Of a DNA stretch of 64,000 nucleotides, positions 1 through 14,173 are shown one piece after another; positions within the stretch are counted from its first letter, which is position 1; each line of letters starts with the position of its first letter. The notes under the pieces were generated by a model. That model was not told the origin of the DNA, made no database searches, and saw only the letters and a list, made by a program, of their open reading frames with translations. The stretch spans positions 20,584,001 to 20,648,000 of the forward strand of contig OZ210885.1 of the NCBI GenBank assembly GCA_964658305.1, written 5' to 3'. The translations under genes and the position numbers were made by a program. The DNA is from Leptogorgia sarmentosa (Eukaryota).

Positions 1-3000
1 ATGTGCTCTTGATGTCCTTGGCCTTGCTGATAGTAACGAGAATGACCAGCAGATGGTATATCAGGAATTTAAGGAGCAGCTGCGGAGAGATGAAGCTGGA
101 TGGTATGAGAGCAAATTGCCTTGGAAAGGCAATCATCCTCCGCTGCCCACAAACGAAGCTGGGAGTAAGCGACGCTTGGAACACTTAATAAGGAAGTTGA
201 ATCAAACAGACCGGTATGGACAGTATGAGGAAATTATCCAAGAGCAACTTCAGATGGGAATTATCGAGCCAGCACCAGAAACAGCAACAGGCAAGGAGTT
301 CTACATTCCGCACAAAGGCGTGATCAGAAACGATGCAGAAAGTACAAAGTTACGCATAGTGTATGACGCGTCTGTGAGGGAAAGCAACAGCGATCCATCC
401 CTAAACGACTGTCTTCATCCAGGTCCCCCTCTACAAAACCACCTTTGGGACGTTTTACTGAAATCACAGACCTACCCGATTCTCCTAACAGCAGATCTGA
501 AAAAGGCATTCCTACAAATCAGGATTATGCAAGATGAACGGGACTCGTTAAGGTTTCATTGGAGACATCCAAACAGCAGTGAAATCGCAGTGTATCGGTT
601 CACCAGGGCGTTATTCGGTCTAACGTGCTCTCCATTCCTCCTTGGCGGAGTGATTAACCAACACCTCGACAACTGGAAAGACCGATACCCAGAGATTGTG
701 AAGGAACTGTGTGATGGGATATACGTCGACGATCTCATGACGGGTGGAACAACTGTCAAAGAAACCGAGGAAAAGAAAGCGACCGCTGTTGAAGTATTCG
801 AAGACGCAACATTTACCATCCACAAGTGGCATTCCAACGCGCCAGAGCTTGAGCCAATCAGCGGAGCGCCAAACGAACAGGAAGAAACGACCTATGCTAA
901 AAGTAAACTAGGAGGAGTTAAGCAACCAGAAGGAAAGTTACTTGGGCTTCCATGGAACAGAAAACAAGATACGCTAAGTGTCACCCTGACAAAGGAATAT
1001 GACACGGCAACTAAGAGAGGTATCCTTTCGAAGTTGGCCAAATTTATAAGACCCTCTAGGGCTTGTATCACCCACCACGTTAGTTGGCAAACTAATTTAT
1101 CGTGATGTTTCTGACGCGAAGCTACCGTGGGATTCCAACTTGCCACAACCACTGGCGAAACGATGGAAGGAGTGGAATGATTCTCTTGAAACGTTTACGA
1201 TTCCTCGAAGTCTTGTACCACTTCGACTGCCTGTGTCAGAGATCACGCTGCATGGATTCGGGGACACAAGTTCTCGCGGAGTAAGCGCGGTGGTTTACGT
1301 CGTTGTCAAGCAACGAGAAGATACTCGCCAAGGGCTGGTTTGTGCCAAATCAAGAATTGCAAAGCGTAATTTAACAATTCCCTGTCTCGAACTGATATCT
1401 GGACATATGGCAGCAAATCTTGTGACAAACGCTCGAGCCGCATTCGGTAATCAACCCGTTTCTCTTCATTGTTGGCTCGATTCGACTGTCGCACTTTACT
1501 CGATTAACGACCAAGGTGATTACCGCCAGTTCGTAGCCAACCGTGTCAACAAGATCCGACAACACGACCAGATCACTTGGCATCACGTTCCAACGACAGA
1601 TAATCCAGCAGACGTCGGGAGTCGGGGAGGAAACGTCGTAAACAACGAGTTGTGGCGAAATGGCCCATCGTGGTTAAGTAGACAATCCGAGTGGCCACCA
1701 GACGCACGGTTAGAACCATCACCAGAAACCCAAGCTGAAGCTAAAGCCATCAAAGAGATTCTAGCTACTGTAACTCCCGAGGCAGACATCTTCGACCAGC
1801 TTCTTGACAAGCACCAATTACCCAAGTTATTACGGATAGGAGCGTGGATACGTCGGTTTATCACCAACTGCAGAAAAAGCCGGGGAGAAAGGGAACTGGG
1901 CCCAATCAAGACAAGCGAGACTAAAAAACAGCAGGTGTGGTGGATAAGATGGGCTCAGAGACAATCTCGAGGAGACCCCCATTTTCAAGATGACCAACTA
2001 CAACTCAATCTTCAGCCTAACGAAGACCATGTACTAGAGTGTCGAGGGAGAATACCCCATCTACCTACCAGATGTGCATCCATTTACGGCTAAAGTGGCT
2101 TTTCAAGCTCACTTATCAACAATCCATGGAGGAATCGGGATCACAATTGCAAAGATCCGAGAATGCTACTGGGTACCGCGACTGCGCAGATTGATAAAGA
2201 AGATTACGAAAAGCGGTTACGGTTGTAAACAGTTCAGAGCGAAAGCTTACCAAGTACCTCCACCCGGAAACCTACCCACCACCAGAACGCGGGGAACTAC
2301 ACCTTATCAAGTAATCGATATCGATTTTGCGGGACCAATACGGTACTGTCTTACGTCTAAAAAGGAAGCTAAGGCTTACCTCGCCTTATACGCATGCAGC
2401 CTTACACGTGCGGTGCATCTAGATCTAGTAAAGTCGTTGAGTGCCCGAGATTTCATCATCAGCTTCAAGAAATTTGTTGCACAGCGAGGGAGACCGGAAT
2501 TGAACTACTCAGACAATGCTGCTACATTTCAAGCGGCCGCCAAATGATTAAGAGAAGTAAGAGATGACGAAAGGCTCAACAACTTGCTCGCGACCTCTCC
2601 ATCGAATGGTGATTCAACCTAAGCCGCGCCCCTTGGTGGGGAGGACAGTTTGAACGTTTAATTGGGGTGTTCAAGAATGCATTTTGTAAGTCTGTCGGAA
2701 ATGGAAATTTGAGTTGGACGGAGCTAGAAGAGGTAGTACTAGATATTGAAATCACCATCAACAATCGGCCATTAAGTTATGTGGAAGATGATGTCGAGTT
2801 ACCCACCCTTACCCCTAACTCCATCCTACACATGAACCCATCCTACATGCCTGAGTTAGAAAACCACCGTATTCCAGAGAAGGATCTCAGAAAACGAGCA
2901 AAGTTTCTACTAAAATGCAAGCAAGCCATGTGGAACAGATGGACACGAGAATACGTCCGAAGTCTCAGAGAACAGCACCGCCTGACCGGGAAAAGACGAA

Positions 3001-3312
3001 CATCCCATCCTAGCGTTGGTGATATCGTCATCATCAAAGAAGACCAGAAACGCGTGGAGGCTTGCAGTAGTTAAACAACTAGTCACGGGGAGAGACGGGG
3101 TTGTAAGAGCAGTCAAGTTGAAGACAGGAAGCGGCCATTTAGAACGGGCAGTGCAACACTTGTTTCCGTTGGAGCTGAGTTGTGATGCACAAGAAACGCC
3201 TCAACTAAACCCAGCAGCGCCAGAGTATAAACCTCGACCAAGAAGGAAAGCCGCAGACAATGCAATGCTACGGATTCGTGAAATCGCAAGACAGGAAGAT
3301 GAGGAACAATGA
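1..3312 (+). pseudogene. pol: BEL/Pao LTR retrotransposon pol (RT, Pao RNase H, integrase, DUF5641-like C-terminus), frameshifted
   Basis: ORF pieces 53-1105 (LRIVYDAS, ADLKKAF, YVDD), 1140-2093 (HGFGD, LELISG, WLDSTVAL, NPAD), 2074-2547 (H-H..C-C, IDFAGP, SDNA), 2667-3074 and 3016-3312 (GRDGVVR..LERAVQHLFPLE); several frameshifts and stops. Confidence 0.95.
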
Positions 3313-3440
3313 CATTAGATAAGAACAATAAGTAATAATAAGTTTCTTATTATTAGATTTGTTTGTTGAGCCAATGGACGTACCCATATTTGAACAAACC
3401 CAGTCAGGATTTGCATGGATATCTCAACTGAGAATATCCA

Positions 3441-3565
3441 TGGGGAGTGTGTTGAGGACTGGGTTACAGGATGTTGGAAGGGGGAGTTATTATCCTAAAT
3501 TAATTATGCATGCTAAAAACAACATGTGAGAGGGATTCGGGATTTTGGTTCTCTGAAAGTTGGTT
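3441..3565 (+). repeat. Polypurine tract and start of a truncated BEL 3' LTR
   Basis: TGGGGAGTG followed by TGTTG at 3450, downstream of the pol stop; no CA end before the sequence switches to the THAP ORF. Confidence 0.55.
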
Positions 3566-3840
3566 CTATTTAGTATGGCTTTCAATTTCTCTTTATCGCC
3601 AGTCAAGCGAACACCGAAACGCCGAGTAAAATCTCCTGCATTAAAATGCCTGGAACATATCTTTGAAGAGGCAGACGGTTCAAAGTTTAATCGCCTTCTT
3701 CGAACAAAATCGACCCATTTCTTCGTTCGTTTTTTGGCCTCTGGTCGATCATCATTTGCAAAAGGAATAACGTGGAGCGATATTCCTTCGTCTGAACTGG
3801 TAACATTCGAACATCCATAAACTGCACACCTGTGTGGCAT
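3490..3840 (-). pseudogene. THAP zinc-finger N-terminus of a transposase, truncated
   Basis: MPHRCAVYGCSN..LHVIP..W..KICSRHF = C2CH THAP consensus; the ORF runs into BEL LTR sequence after ~3565. Confidence 0.88.
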
Positions 3841-6800
3841 TTTAAGCCCATAAACGTTTAGTGCAGTAAGAAAAAATATTTATTTTCGAAGATACAGTGT
3901 TCAATGTTGCTGTTTTTACTATAAAGCCCTATTGTTGTCAACACATGTGTTATCTTTCTTACGTCACATCCCATAACTAGTTACCAGTAATTGTACCCAG
4001 GGGCGGATTTAGACAAAACACTGACCGTAGCATAATGTAAAAATCGCTAACAGTACGGGGGTCATGCTCCCCCGGAAAATTTTGGAGATTAGAACCTCGG
4101 AAATGGCATTTCCGGCATTTTGAGAGACGAATTATCGATGTTAATTAGTTCTGGTAAAAAACGGAATAACTCCTGCACAAATGAAAATAGCATCATCAAA
4201 ACAGAATTTTTTTTATCAGACATACCTCTTAAGACATGACTACATGCTTTCAAATACTAGCAGAACTAGGACTTTTAGACGCTTCGTTAATAATTTGATT
4301 AATTTCTACGCAATCTGAATTAAAAAAACTGAATGTCCAGAAAATGCGCCACGGGTCATGATATCAACAACAAGACAAACCACTTGGGATCGGCAATGGC
4401 AGAGTTAGGGAGCACCAACAACAAATATATCTCAGTTACAATTCATTTCAAATCAGCAAGTAAGCAGCAAAGGTGGGGAAATGTTCACAATAAATCCAGT
4501 TGGAGCAGCAGCAAAAGTTGGGAAATGTCCACAATGAATCAAGTTGAATTTACAGCAAAAGAAGGAAAAAGTTCACAGTAGATCCACTCGGATTTGGAGC
4601 AAAAAATGGGAAGATATTCACAATAAATCCAGTTGGTGCAGCAGCAAAAAGGAAGAAAAAGAAAATGTTCGATGAAAACTATCTCCATAAAACGTACTTA
4701 ATAACTAGCTAATGATCTATAGGCACCGTCAATTAGGAAAATTCAAAGTAAAAGCAAATCCTCTTAGATGTTCGATGACAAAATCTAATCGAATACCGAA
4801 TGTGTTAACAGTTCAGGCAGTGTCAATTAGAACAATTTAAGCATCATCCGTCTTGGACTTTTTGTGGCGAATCTGTCGATGATTTCATCAGTGGATAAAC
4901 GGATTTCACGATGCACATTTAGGAAGGCAAGACCCTTTAATCTAGATTCTGACATGGTGCTACGCAAATACGTTTTCAGTCGCCGTAGAACCGATATCGA
5001 TCTCTCACAGGTGCATGTGGTAACCGGGATTGTTGCAAAGATTCGTAATGCTGTATAAAGATTTGGAAAACTGAGTTTGTTGACGAATTGTAAAACATCT
5101 GCTAACTTTGTTGGTAAAGGGCCCTTCTCCATTTCGCATCGTTCACTCCACATCTCCAGCTCGGTATCTAGGAAACGAGGTTGTGGCAAATCGTCGTTGT
5201 ACAACTCGAGAAACTTTGAAAACTTTGTTTTCCAATCGGGATTTGCCACTACATTTTTTGGCAATGCATACGATGCGGAGAAGACATCAAGATTCGTTTC
5301 TGAAAATCTTGTTTGGATTTGTGCTTTCAAATGGTCCAAAAAGGGAATAGTAATAACTCGTTTATAGTATTCCAACGGTGTGTCAGCTGGCGTATTTGCG
5401 CGATGATGCTGTCTTCCTGCTACTCGCGGTCTTTGTGGATCGGTTTCAACGGACCTGGCAAGTGACACAGCTTCCTCATACCACTGCTGATACCTCACAT
5501 CTACTTCACTCCTCATTCTTTCAAGATGGACATATAAACGAGAGACCTTTTCTCTTGCTGCTCCGGCATCAATAGCTGCCTCTTGAAGTTGGACAGTAAG
5601 GGGACGAGTCACCTCCAGACATCTTGAAACGATGATTAAAGCGGCAATAAATGAAAAAGAAGAAGTCCCGATCGATAAATAACTCGCTTTTCTGCAGGAT
5701 TCCATGTTCCAAGAATCATCTACATGTCTCTAATTATTTGGAAACACTTCACAATTGCCTGAAAAACTTCAATAAAGATTGACAATCCATCAATTCGTGC
5801 AACCCACCTTGTTTGGCAAACATTAATAAGGCGCTTATGACTCGATGTAGGGAGAATCTTTTCTATCATTGCAACCAATAAGGCAAAACGTTTCGGGGAA
5901 AAGTTAAAGAATTCGGAAACAACACGAACGTGCTCCATCATATTACTAACCAGCTGCTCTTTACAACAAGTTGCCACACAAAGATTTAAAATATGGGAAC
6001 TGCAATGCACGTACAATGCTTTTTGATTTGCTGCTTGAATTCTCGCTGCTGCACCAGATAGTTTTCCTGCCATGTTACCTGCACCATCGTAACCTTAGCC
6101 ACGACAATCTTCAATTAGGAGACCCTGATCACGAAGAAACTCTGTTACTGTATTGGCAATAGCTTCTCCAGACAGGCCTCTGTTCCCGAATGCAGTGCGT
6201 CTTGTCCACGAAACGAACAACCATACTGAGCTGCTCTATTTTCCCACAATCAGCTGCTTCATCCGCCAGAACAGAAAAGAACTTTGCTTCAAGGATCTCG
6301 TCGGTAATTTTTTTGGTAATTAACTCAATGCAAATGTCGATAATTGCGTTTTGTGTTGTTTTTGACTTGTACGTCATTCTGCTCCATACTTTAAAATTTC
6401 TATAAAATTTCCACAATTTGTATCTTCGGATAAATAATTGCCAGAGTCATCACGATGCCCTCGAAGTGGGATATTTTGCCTTCCCCAAGGACTATTGCAC
6501 CAACGATGGGTTTTAACATTTTCCTGTTCTCCTCAATTTGCTTCCGTTTCATTTTATCCACCATGACTTCAATTGGCTCCAATTTGTTCTGCATGTGTGA
6601 TCTCAATATAGCTGCTTGGGTTGTAGCTTCCTTGTGAAGTAGCGACTTCTCCTGGTGCTCGCGAAATTTAACAGTCGCAACTTTCCATGTTCATAACGGA
6701 GACGTAAACAGCTGATTCAGTTTACTTGTGTTGTGCAATCCCTTGCACTCGAAGCCAAATAACACACAATTGACACAGAAAACTCCGTCCTCTTTTTGCG

Positions 6801-9800
6801 AATATGACAACCAGGGAAACAGCTTTAACCAGTCGAAACGAAACTTTCTTCCATCCTTATTAACAGGAAATACATAACTCTCTGGTGGCACCCAAACATT
6901 ACAAAGAGCCTGGTATTTTTCTTCGTCGGTGAGCTGGGGCTTATTAACATAATTTGCGATGTCTGTACGGTTGATAGTACCGGTATCTGAGGGAGAAAAT
7001 GACACTTTTTGAATTGTTGGGCATTTTTTCGCTCCTGGTGACGTTTCTGCCTGTTCACCAGCACTTTGCTCAGCAAACTTTCTTTTCACGGGAAATACGT
7101 GGTCAAGAATCGTTTGTTTCTTCTTACTCTTTTTAGAAGGTTGAGAGGCAGAGAAATTTTCCTGAGCAGCCAACGGTTGGAAAGACTGAGGAGACGGTTG
7201 GAGATGAGACAAAGGTCCAACGGATTCAGTGGAAGAAACTCCGTGAGATTCAGCTAAGGGATTTGTATGGCAAGCCAAACATGTCAAAAGCGATACGAGT
7301 TTCCGATTAGTATATACGAGTTTCAGATTACCCACTGAGAATTGAAAATTACCTCTCGAGAATTATAAAGTACCCATCGAGAAATAAAAAGTACCCATCG
7401 AGAATTAAAAAGACCTGACGAGAAATAGATTTAATTTGTTGGGATTATAGAGACTGTGGGCTCACAAAATGTAACAACAACTCCAAAATGACATGTCGAG
7501 AATGTTCAAAGCACTGGTCGAGAATGTTTTCAGGAACAATCAAATACCTTATACAATGATTACGTCATAGTCGCGCGAAAAATTTTGCGCCTAAAATTCG
7601 CGCCAAATATATATAAATATATAATTATGCGCGCCCAGTGCGCCAAACGTTTTACTGTTTACCATCATGGCCGACAGAACAACGAATATCGTTCAACGAC
7701 TGCTAGACAGAGTTGAGGATCTTTCGCAAAGTCTTTTGAGTGCATCTAGCGAATCTGAAAACAACGAGCAGAACGAGGAAGTTAACAGGGTATTTGGTAG
7801 GACTAATAGAACCGGTTCTTCTCAACAACCCCAGGAAAACATTGCGAATCCAAGAAGATCTACAGCGAGCACGTCTACGGCAACCCACTACCAAAGGGCA
7901 ATTGCGCCAAGATACCAAATGCCGAGAAATTTGACCAGACGGCAAAACCGTGCTGCAAGTCAACGCCCGAAAGCTTCTAATAACAGAAATAAAACCCCGT
8001 TTATGAGAGATTTAATACTACTTGCTGGCCCCGAAGATACAGTTGTCCCGCGCCAAGGAAGTAAATTATTGCTAATAGAACATGGCCATGTTATAACAGC
8101 CTGTCAGTTTAGAAAAGATATGAATCCTGCACAGGTGTTAACCGAAATAGCAATAGCATTCGGCGATAAGTTGTTGGATGTGGACATAGAAAATTTGATG
8201 TCTGTCCACAGTTCTCTAGTGGTACCTACATTAGCACCTGGTCAAGATGGCATTGATGGCGTAATTCTACACCGATTGTTCAAGGAAAAGCCAGTATACA
8301 TAAGACCAGATCGCCAGCTTATAAACCCGGTTAGTAAAAATAACAATTTATAAAATGAATAAAAAGCTCAGTGTCTGAAGTCATGCCATAGTAACCATAC
8401 AATACCATCATGCATTTGGTCTCATATTTTCACACTTTGTATTAAAGAAGATCTTTTTTTGGTTTAGTTATATATTGTATATTATACATTGTATACACAA
8501 TGGTAGTGCTATTCAAGGTGCTTCAAACAATCTTCTAATGTATACTTTTCTGAGATGCCTGTATAATCTGCAGTATTTTGGCTGGCCTGTGTATTTTAAC
8601 ATTGGAAGCCTAGTGTATAAGAGTATCCATTATATATTTTATTTGAGGTTGAAGATTACCAGGATACTTTAATGAGAAATTCCTCCAACTATCTCTGAAG
8701 ATACTTCAGACCAACAACCGTCTACAAGCAATCAGCATCTTCCAGCTAGCAGAGAACATCAGCCAACCAGTGCTATCCATCCTACAAGCAGTCAGCATCC
8801 TCCAGCTAGCGATGTACATCTACCACCCAGCAGTCAGTTTTCTGCCTGTCCTGAACATCCTGTTCAGTGTCCTGAACATCCTGTTCAGGTACTTCCAAGC
8901 AATGGTCAAAATGTTGAACTCATCCCTGAACGCTCAACAGTGGTATACGAAAACATTTTACTGGAAGATGGTAAGTATAAATGTAATTTGATGCTTAAAT
9001 AAAGACAGTAATGATACTAACAATTATATATATATATATATTGTTTCTGGCTAACATGCTATTGATGACTGTTTTTATTTTCTGTATGTAGATGATACTG
9101 ATCTTACCCCTATACTTGACTTGTATACTGTGGCTAAGAATATTACTGTCCACCGGTCAACAATCCGCAAGGACATTATAGAAATTTTCAGTGATGAAAA
9201 CATTCTTAATTTCTCTCTTGATGCTGTCGTCATTGACACACACGGTCGGAAAGAAAAAGGAAAAGGCAGAGGGGTGATGCTGGATGTTTTGACAAATTTC
9301 TGGAATGATTGCTTTACAGCACTTACAGTAGGCAATAAAGAGAAGACCCCATACATAAGGCATGACCTCCAGAAAAAGGAATGGGAAGCTATTGCTTGTG
9401 TCCTTGTGTATGGTTACAAGAAGCTGCATTACTTTCCACTGAAACTTTCCCAGTTATTCATCGCATCCTGCTTATTTGGAGAGGAAAGCATCACTCCAGA
9501 ATTTTTGCTAGAGTCATTTAGAGATTACATTGCATGTGAAGATAAAGAAATCCTAGACAAGTGCATGTCTGATGCCTTTGACCCAAATGATGATGATACC
9601 ATGGAATTTCTTTCCAGTTTTAAATGTTTTAAAGTGCACACGAAAGATAATATCAAAACAATAATTAATGAACTAGCCCATCAAGAATTGGTACAGAAAC
9701 CCAGGTATGTTCTCAATTGCTGGGCCCCAATTGTCAACTTACTACGTGCAGATGACTGTTTCCAGACCCTTGAGGGGCTCAGACATCTATACCAAGCTAA

Positions 9801-10623
9801 GCAGCCTACAGCAAAGAAAATTGTCAAATTGTTCAAGGCATCTCCCTGTAATGATGGAGAACGTCAGAGCCTTGATTTTTTGAAGAGATTTGTGAAGTCT
9901 CTTGAAGGAGCAGCACTGGCCGTGTTCCTGCATTTCTGTACAGGTAGTGATGTAACACGTGTGATGATATCGAGATTCCCTTCACAACATTAGATGGAAT
10001 GGAGCGACGCCGCAAATTCTTTTTCCGTAGACAGTCGGTAGCATCCTTGATGGTCGGTAGCATCATTTACCGATTTTTTTTCCGCGAATATATTTACGTT
10101 ATGTGCTTTTCTCAACGCTCTTCCCAATTACCAATTAGTGAATCTCTCCGGGCTGTGATTGGCTTATATTATCGTAGAACCATTATCGCGGTAAAAAGCG
10201 GGAAATATTTAAAATTCTACAGCTGGAGTGCTGAAGACTGTATTCACAAAAATAAAATAAAGATTTTCTTCTGTCTTTAGTCAGGTGAGTCACTTCAACC
10301 TTTCAATATCGGTATTCATATGCTTTTACTGTGACTGCTGTGGATTTAGCTCGAGATTGTGCTCGACATGTTTGTAAACATTGCAATTTTGAATATCAAT
10401 ATGACAGCAACACTTGATAAACAGTGCTTGTTCACTGATTCACACAGTGATTGGTGTGCTTTAAATCACCAATAATCATAAACAATATCAATGGAAGTAT
10501 ACAATCTCATATAATATATGGAAATTAAGATAGCTGGTGTTTATAATTCTAGTATCTAGTCAATTTTTGCTGTCCTATTATACTGATTTCTGTCTCTCTT
10601 GTTTAGTATTTCTTGTTAGAAAC

Positions 10624-13600
10624 ATGTCAGCTGATGGTCTAAAAGAATTGATGCAGCAGTCCATTCATGAGGTGCAAAATACTTTCAGTGGGGCAGAAAA
10701 TACTGATGATTTGATATTGTGTGTGGAAAATATCATTCCATTACCTAACACAGAATACAAAATTCTGAATGTGAAAGGAACAGCAACAAGGTTCAAAGCA
10801 AGTATCACATGCAACCTGAAGAATGTTGATGATTTAAATGGGTTCATTACAAACTACAACGTAAAAAACAATGAAACATTGCGTGTTTCCAAATCGAGGA
10901 ATGTCACAGATCAGAAAAGCCCATACCAGATTGTTAGATATTTCAGATGTCAACATAATACTCGTTACCAACCCACCATGCATCCTCATGCAGTCCTTTG
11001 TGAGAAGCCTGAAAAACGCTTCAAGAACACCAATTGTGGATTTTCTCTCATTGCAAGATTGTCAAGCAAGGAAGGACACAATTCAGTGCTGGACATTGAA
11101 TGGAACCACAACCACCCAACTAATTCCCTTCCTGCCCTAAGCTTCAAAGACATAACAGCTGATGTTATTGAAAGAATAAAAGATTTGTTTTTAGCTGGCT
11201 TACTACCAGGTATGTACACCCATAACTAGAAGTACCATATCCACACTGAGTGATATCATATCTGGTGAACATGGTTGTAGTGTGTTAATCAATATTACAG
11301 TATTCTTGACATACCAATCCTATGCAAGTTGTCACACTCTCTGTTTGTTGGTATGTATTTCCTGGGGGCATAATAAGGCAGTGTTCTAAATAAATTAAGG
11401 ATTATTATTGGTGATGTAAACGCTGTTTTATCACATGTACTACAGCAGGTTTTGCTACACTTGTACCTGTACCACTCCTTGGCCAATTAGCATGGTTGTA
11501 TCAATGTATTAATTTCCCATGTAGAATGCAGAGCATCCAATATTCTGTTATTTAACTAACAAGTCCAGTAATATTTCACATTCGTCTGGTGGCAAGTAAC
11601 CACCTTGCACAATTTGAGTTGCTGACCAGTTTCCTCCTAACTGAAGTGATTACATTGTGCCGGGTGTACTGTAGACTAGTCAAGCTACATAGGTGCAGTG
11701 ACCAGATATTCCTGTGCTCCTGTTACAGTATAAAATGGTCAGGGTGGCCATTATTTGTTGAAGTTTGCCTGGACTAATGTACTGTATTTTGTATCTCAAT
11801 AAAAATCTAGGTGCAGCACACAGAGAATTCATGAGAAAACTGAGAAGTGAATGTGCTAATGATCTTGAATATCATTTAAAACTTGCTGATCGCTCCAAAG
11901 TTCCAAGGCGATCTGATTTTAACAGCATTTATGTCTCATTTAACAAGAGCTTGTATGGGACAGAAAGCCTGAAGTCAATGTTCACTAAAGTTAAGGAGAG
12001 GATTGCTTCCCTGAAAGACAAGGATGATGCATACATCATTACCCTCCAAGAATTCAATGAAGAAGCTAACCAGCCATTCATACTTACACTGATAACACCA
12101 CTGATGAAAAGAGTGCACAAATGGGTAACAACTTCTTGTACAATGCAATATTCAGAACTTTCCCAGCTTGAGTCATTGATAACAAGTTTTTGTATTCTGA
12201 ATGAGTACCATGTTGTATGAGTTCGCATATTAGGGTCAACATTTTTCAGAATTCACTTTGGAAATACCTCTGTTGTTAGCCCCCAATGTTGCTTTGTTCC
12301 TACAGCTCTGCTTACTATACAATTGTCTGTATGATTTATTTGGATTCCTCTTCAAACATGGAAGAATTTAACTTGCGTGTATTTTTGATGATGACTCATA
12401 GTGTTTGTGGAGCTTTGCCATTGGCCATCATTATCACCAGTGATGAAACAACCCAGACACTGGTGACCGCCTTCTCTCAATTGAAGTCATCCCTGCCAGA
12501 TGATGCATTTTTCTGTGCCCCCTCTGGAAAAGGTCCAAGAGTTTTCATGACTGACAACTGCATGGAACTAAAAGATGCTATCCACCAAGTCTGGCCTGAT
12601 GCTACAACAGTATTATGCATATTCCACCTGCTTCAGCAGGTTTGGCGATGGTTGCATGACAAGAAACATGGCATAGCACTGGAGGATAGACCCCATATTC
12701 TCTTAGGGTTCAAACATGCTCTCTATGCTGAAGATGAGGAGGAGTTCCAAGCAGAGTATGACAATCTGCTCCAAGATGAGGTTGCATTGAAATATCCCAA
12801 TTTTGTCACTTATGCCACTGCTGTGTATGAAGATTGTGAATCATGGGCATTGTGCTACCGAGTAGATCTACCACTGAGAGGGAACAACACAAACAATTTT
12901 TGTGAAGCACAATTCTTGGTTATCAAGGATGAAATCCTGAACAGACAAAAAGAAGTGAATGTTGTTGGGCTTATTGACAAACTAACCACTGAACTCGAAT
13001 ACCACTACAAGAACAAGCTCCTCTCTGTCTCATCTGGCAAATTTGATGGGATCTACAGCAGACGGTTTGCTGGTTTCTCCAAAAAGAAACAGGATGGCAT
13101 TGGGTTCAGGAAGCCTTCACAAGATGACCAGTCTGTGGCCTTGGAAGAGCTAGTTTCTTTTGGGAACAATACATTTCAGATGAAGAGTTTCAGTGAAGAA
13201 GGCAGAAGTTACTTGGTCGACATGACCCTAGGTGTTTGTGAATGCAAGAGTGGCATAAATGGTGCCCCATGCAAACATCAATTTGTTTTGTGGGCAAACA
13301 AAATTGCCCATAGTGCCAATTTCTTACCAGTTTTCAGCAAAGAGCAACGGATGAAATTTGCAAAGATTGCCATTGGTGATACAATGTCACTCCACCATTA
13401 TGAAGGCCTTCATGATAGAGTGATTACCATCCCTGAAAATGATAGCCATGCAGAGCCATTCACTGGATGTCAGGTACAGTAATTAGTTTACATTAGATGG
13501 CCACTTACTGTAGCTTGTAATATCATTCTACATACATGTAGTAATACTGTCAAACCCTGTTATTAACTGTAGGTAGAGAAAGGTACTCAAGGTAGTACTG

Positions 13601-14062
13601 CACCAATGCAACGGAGAAATGCTCGACAAGAGTCAATATCAAAGAATGATTGCGAAGTGGCCCTGAATGAAGCGATGAGTGCCATTAAAGCCAAGATAGA
13701 TGAATCCAACCAGGATTTCTTGAAAAGCATCCTAAAATTTGCTGACAGAGCAAAAAGTCTGCCAGTTTCCACACTAACCAGATCCTTTCACACGTTTGGT
13801 GCAACTGGAGTCAGCCATTCCCGAGTAACAGCAACATCCATTGTGAAGAGAGCGAAACGAGGAAAGATTTTTGTGCAGCCAGAAGCTGTTAAACGAAGGA
13901 AGAGTGATTCTGGAAGCCGAGCAAAACAACCCATTTCAGCTAAAAGCTGGGAGAGCAAAACGGCCTCACCAATTCGCAGAAAATGTTTGCCAAAATGAGC
14001 CAATGTCAAAGAAGGCTGGTAGAACTATGGCCACAAAAACAAGGTGTTACGAGTCTACGTAA
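10624..14062 (+). CDS. MULE transposase with SWIM zinc finger, multi-exon, possibly slightly degenerate
   Basis: Exons ~10624-11209, 11811-12124, ~12306-13473, ~13573-14062. N-terminal FRCQH..C..HNH finger; YLDSS, FMTDNC, LCIFH, NNFCEA (DDE core); SWIM CECKSGINGAPCKH. Confidence 0.85.
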
Positions 14063-14173
14063 AATTAATGGTAAAAGGATTAAGGGGCTATATTCAACTT
14101 TGTACACTATCAAATTACATTTTGCAAACTTTTGAGTCCTGTTTAATATGAAACATTTCCTAAAAAATAAACT

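Noticed and set aside
4455..4655. ~44-bp imperfect repeats (TTCACAATAAATCCAGTTGG..) as a possible CRISPR-like array
   Set aside because: Degenerate tandem units without unique spacers, in the 3' region of a eukaryotic hAT; no cas genes
6691..7335. 214-aa ORF starting at 7335 as a real gene start, and its mirror ORF at 17843
   Set aside because: The first ~23 codons are read from the IS3EU TIR; the ORF is a chimera of TIR and hAT transposase
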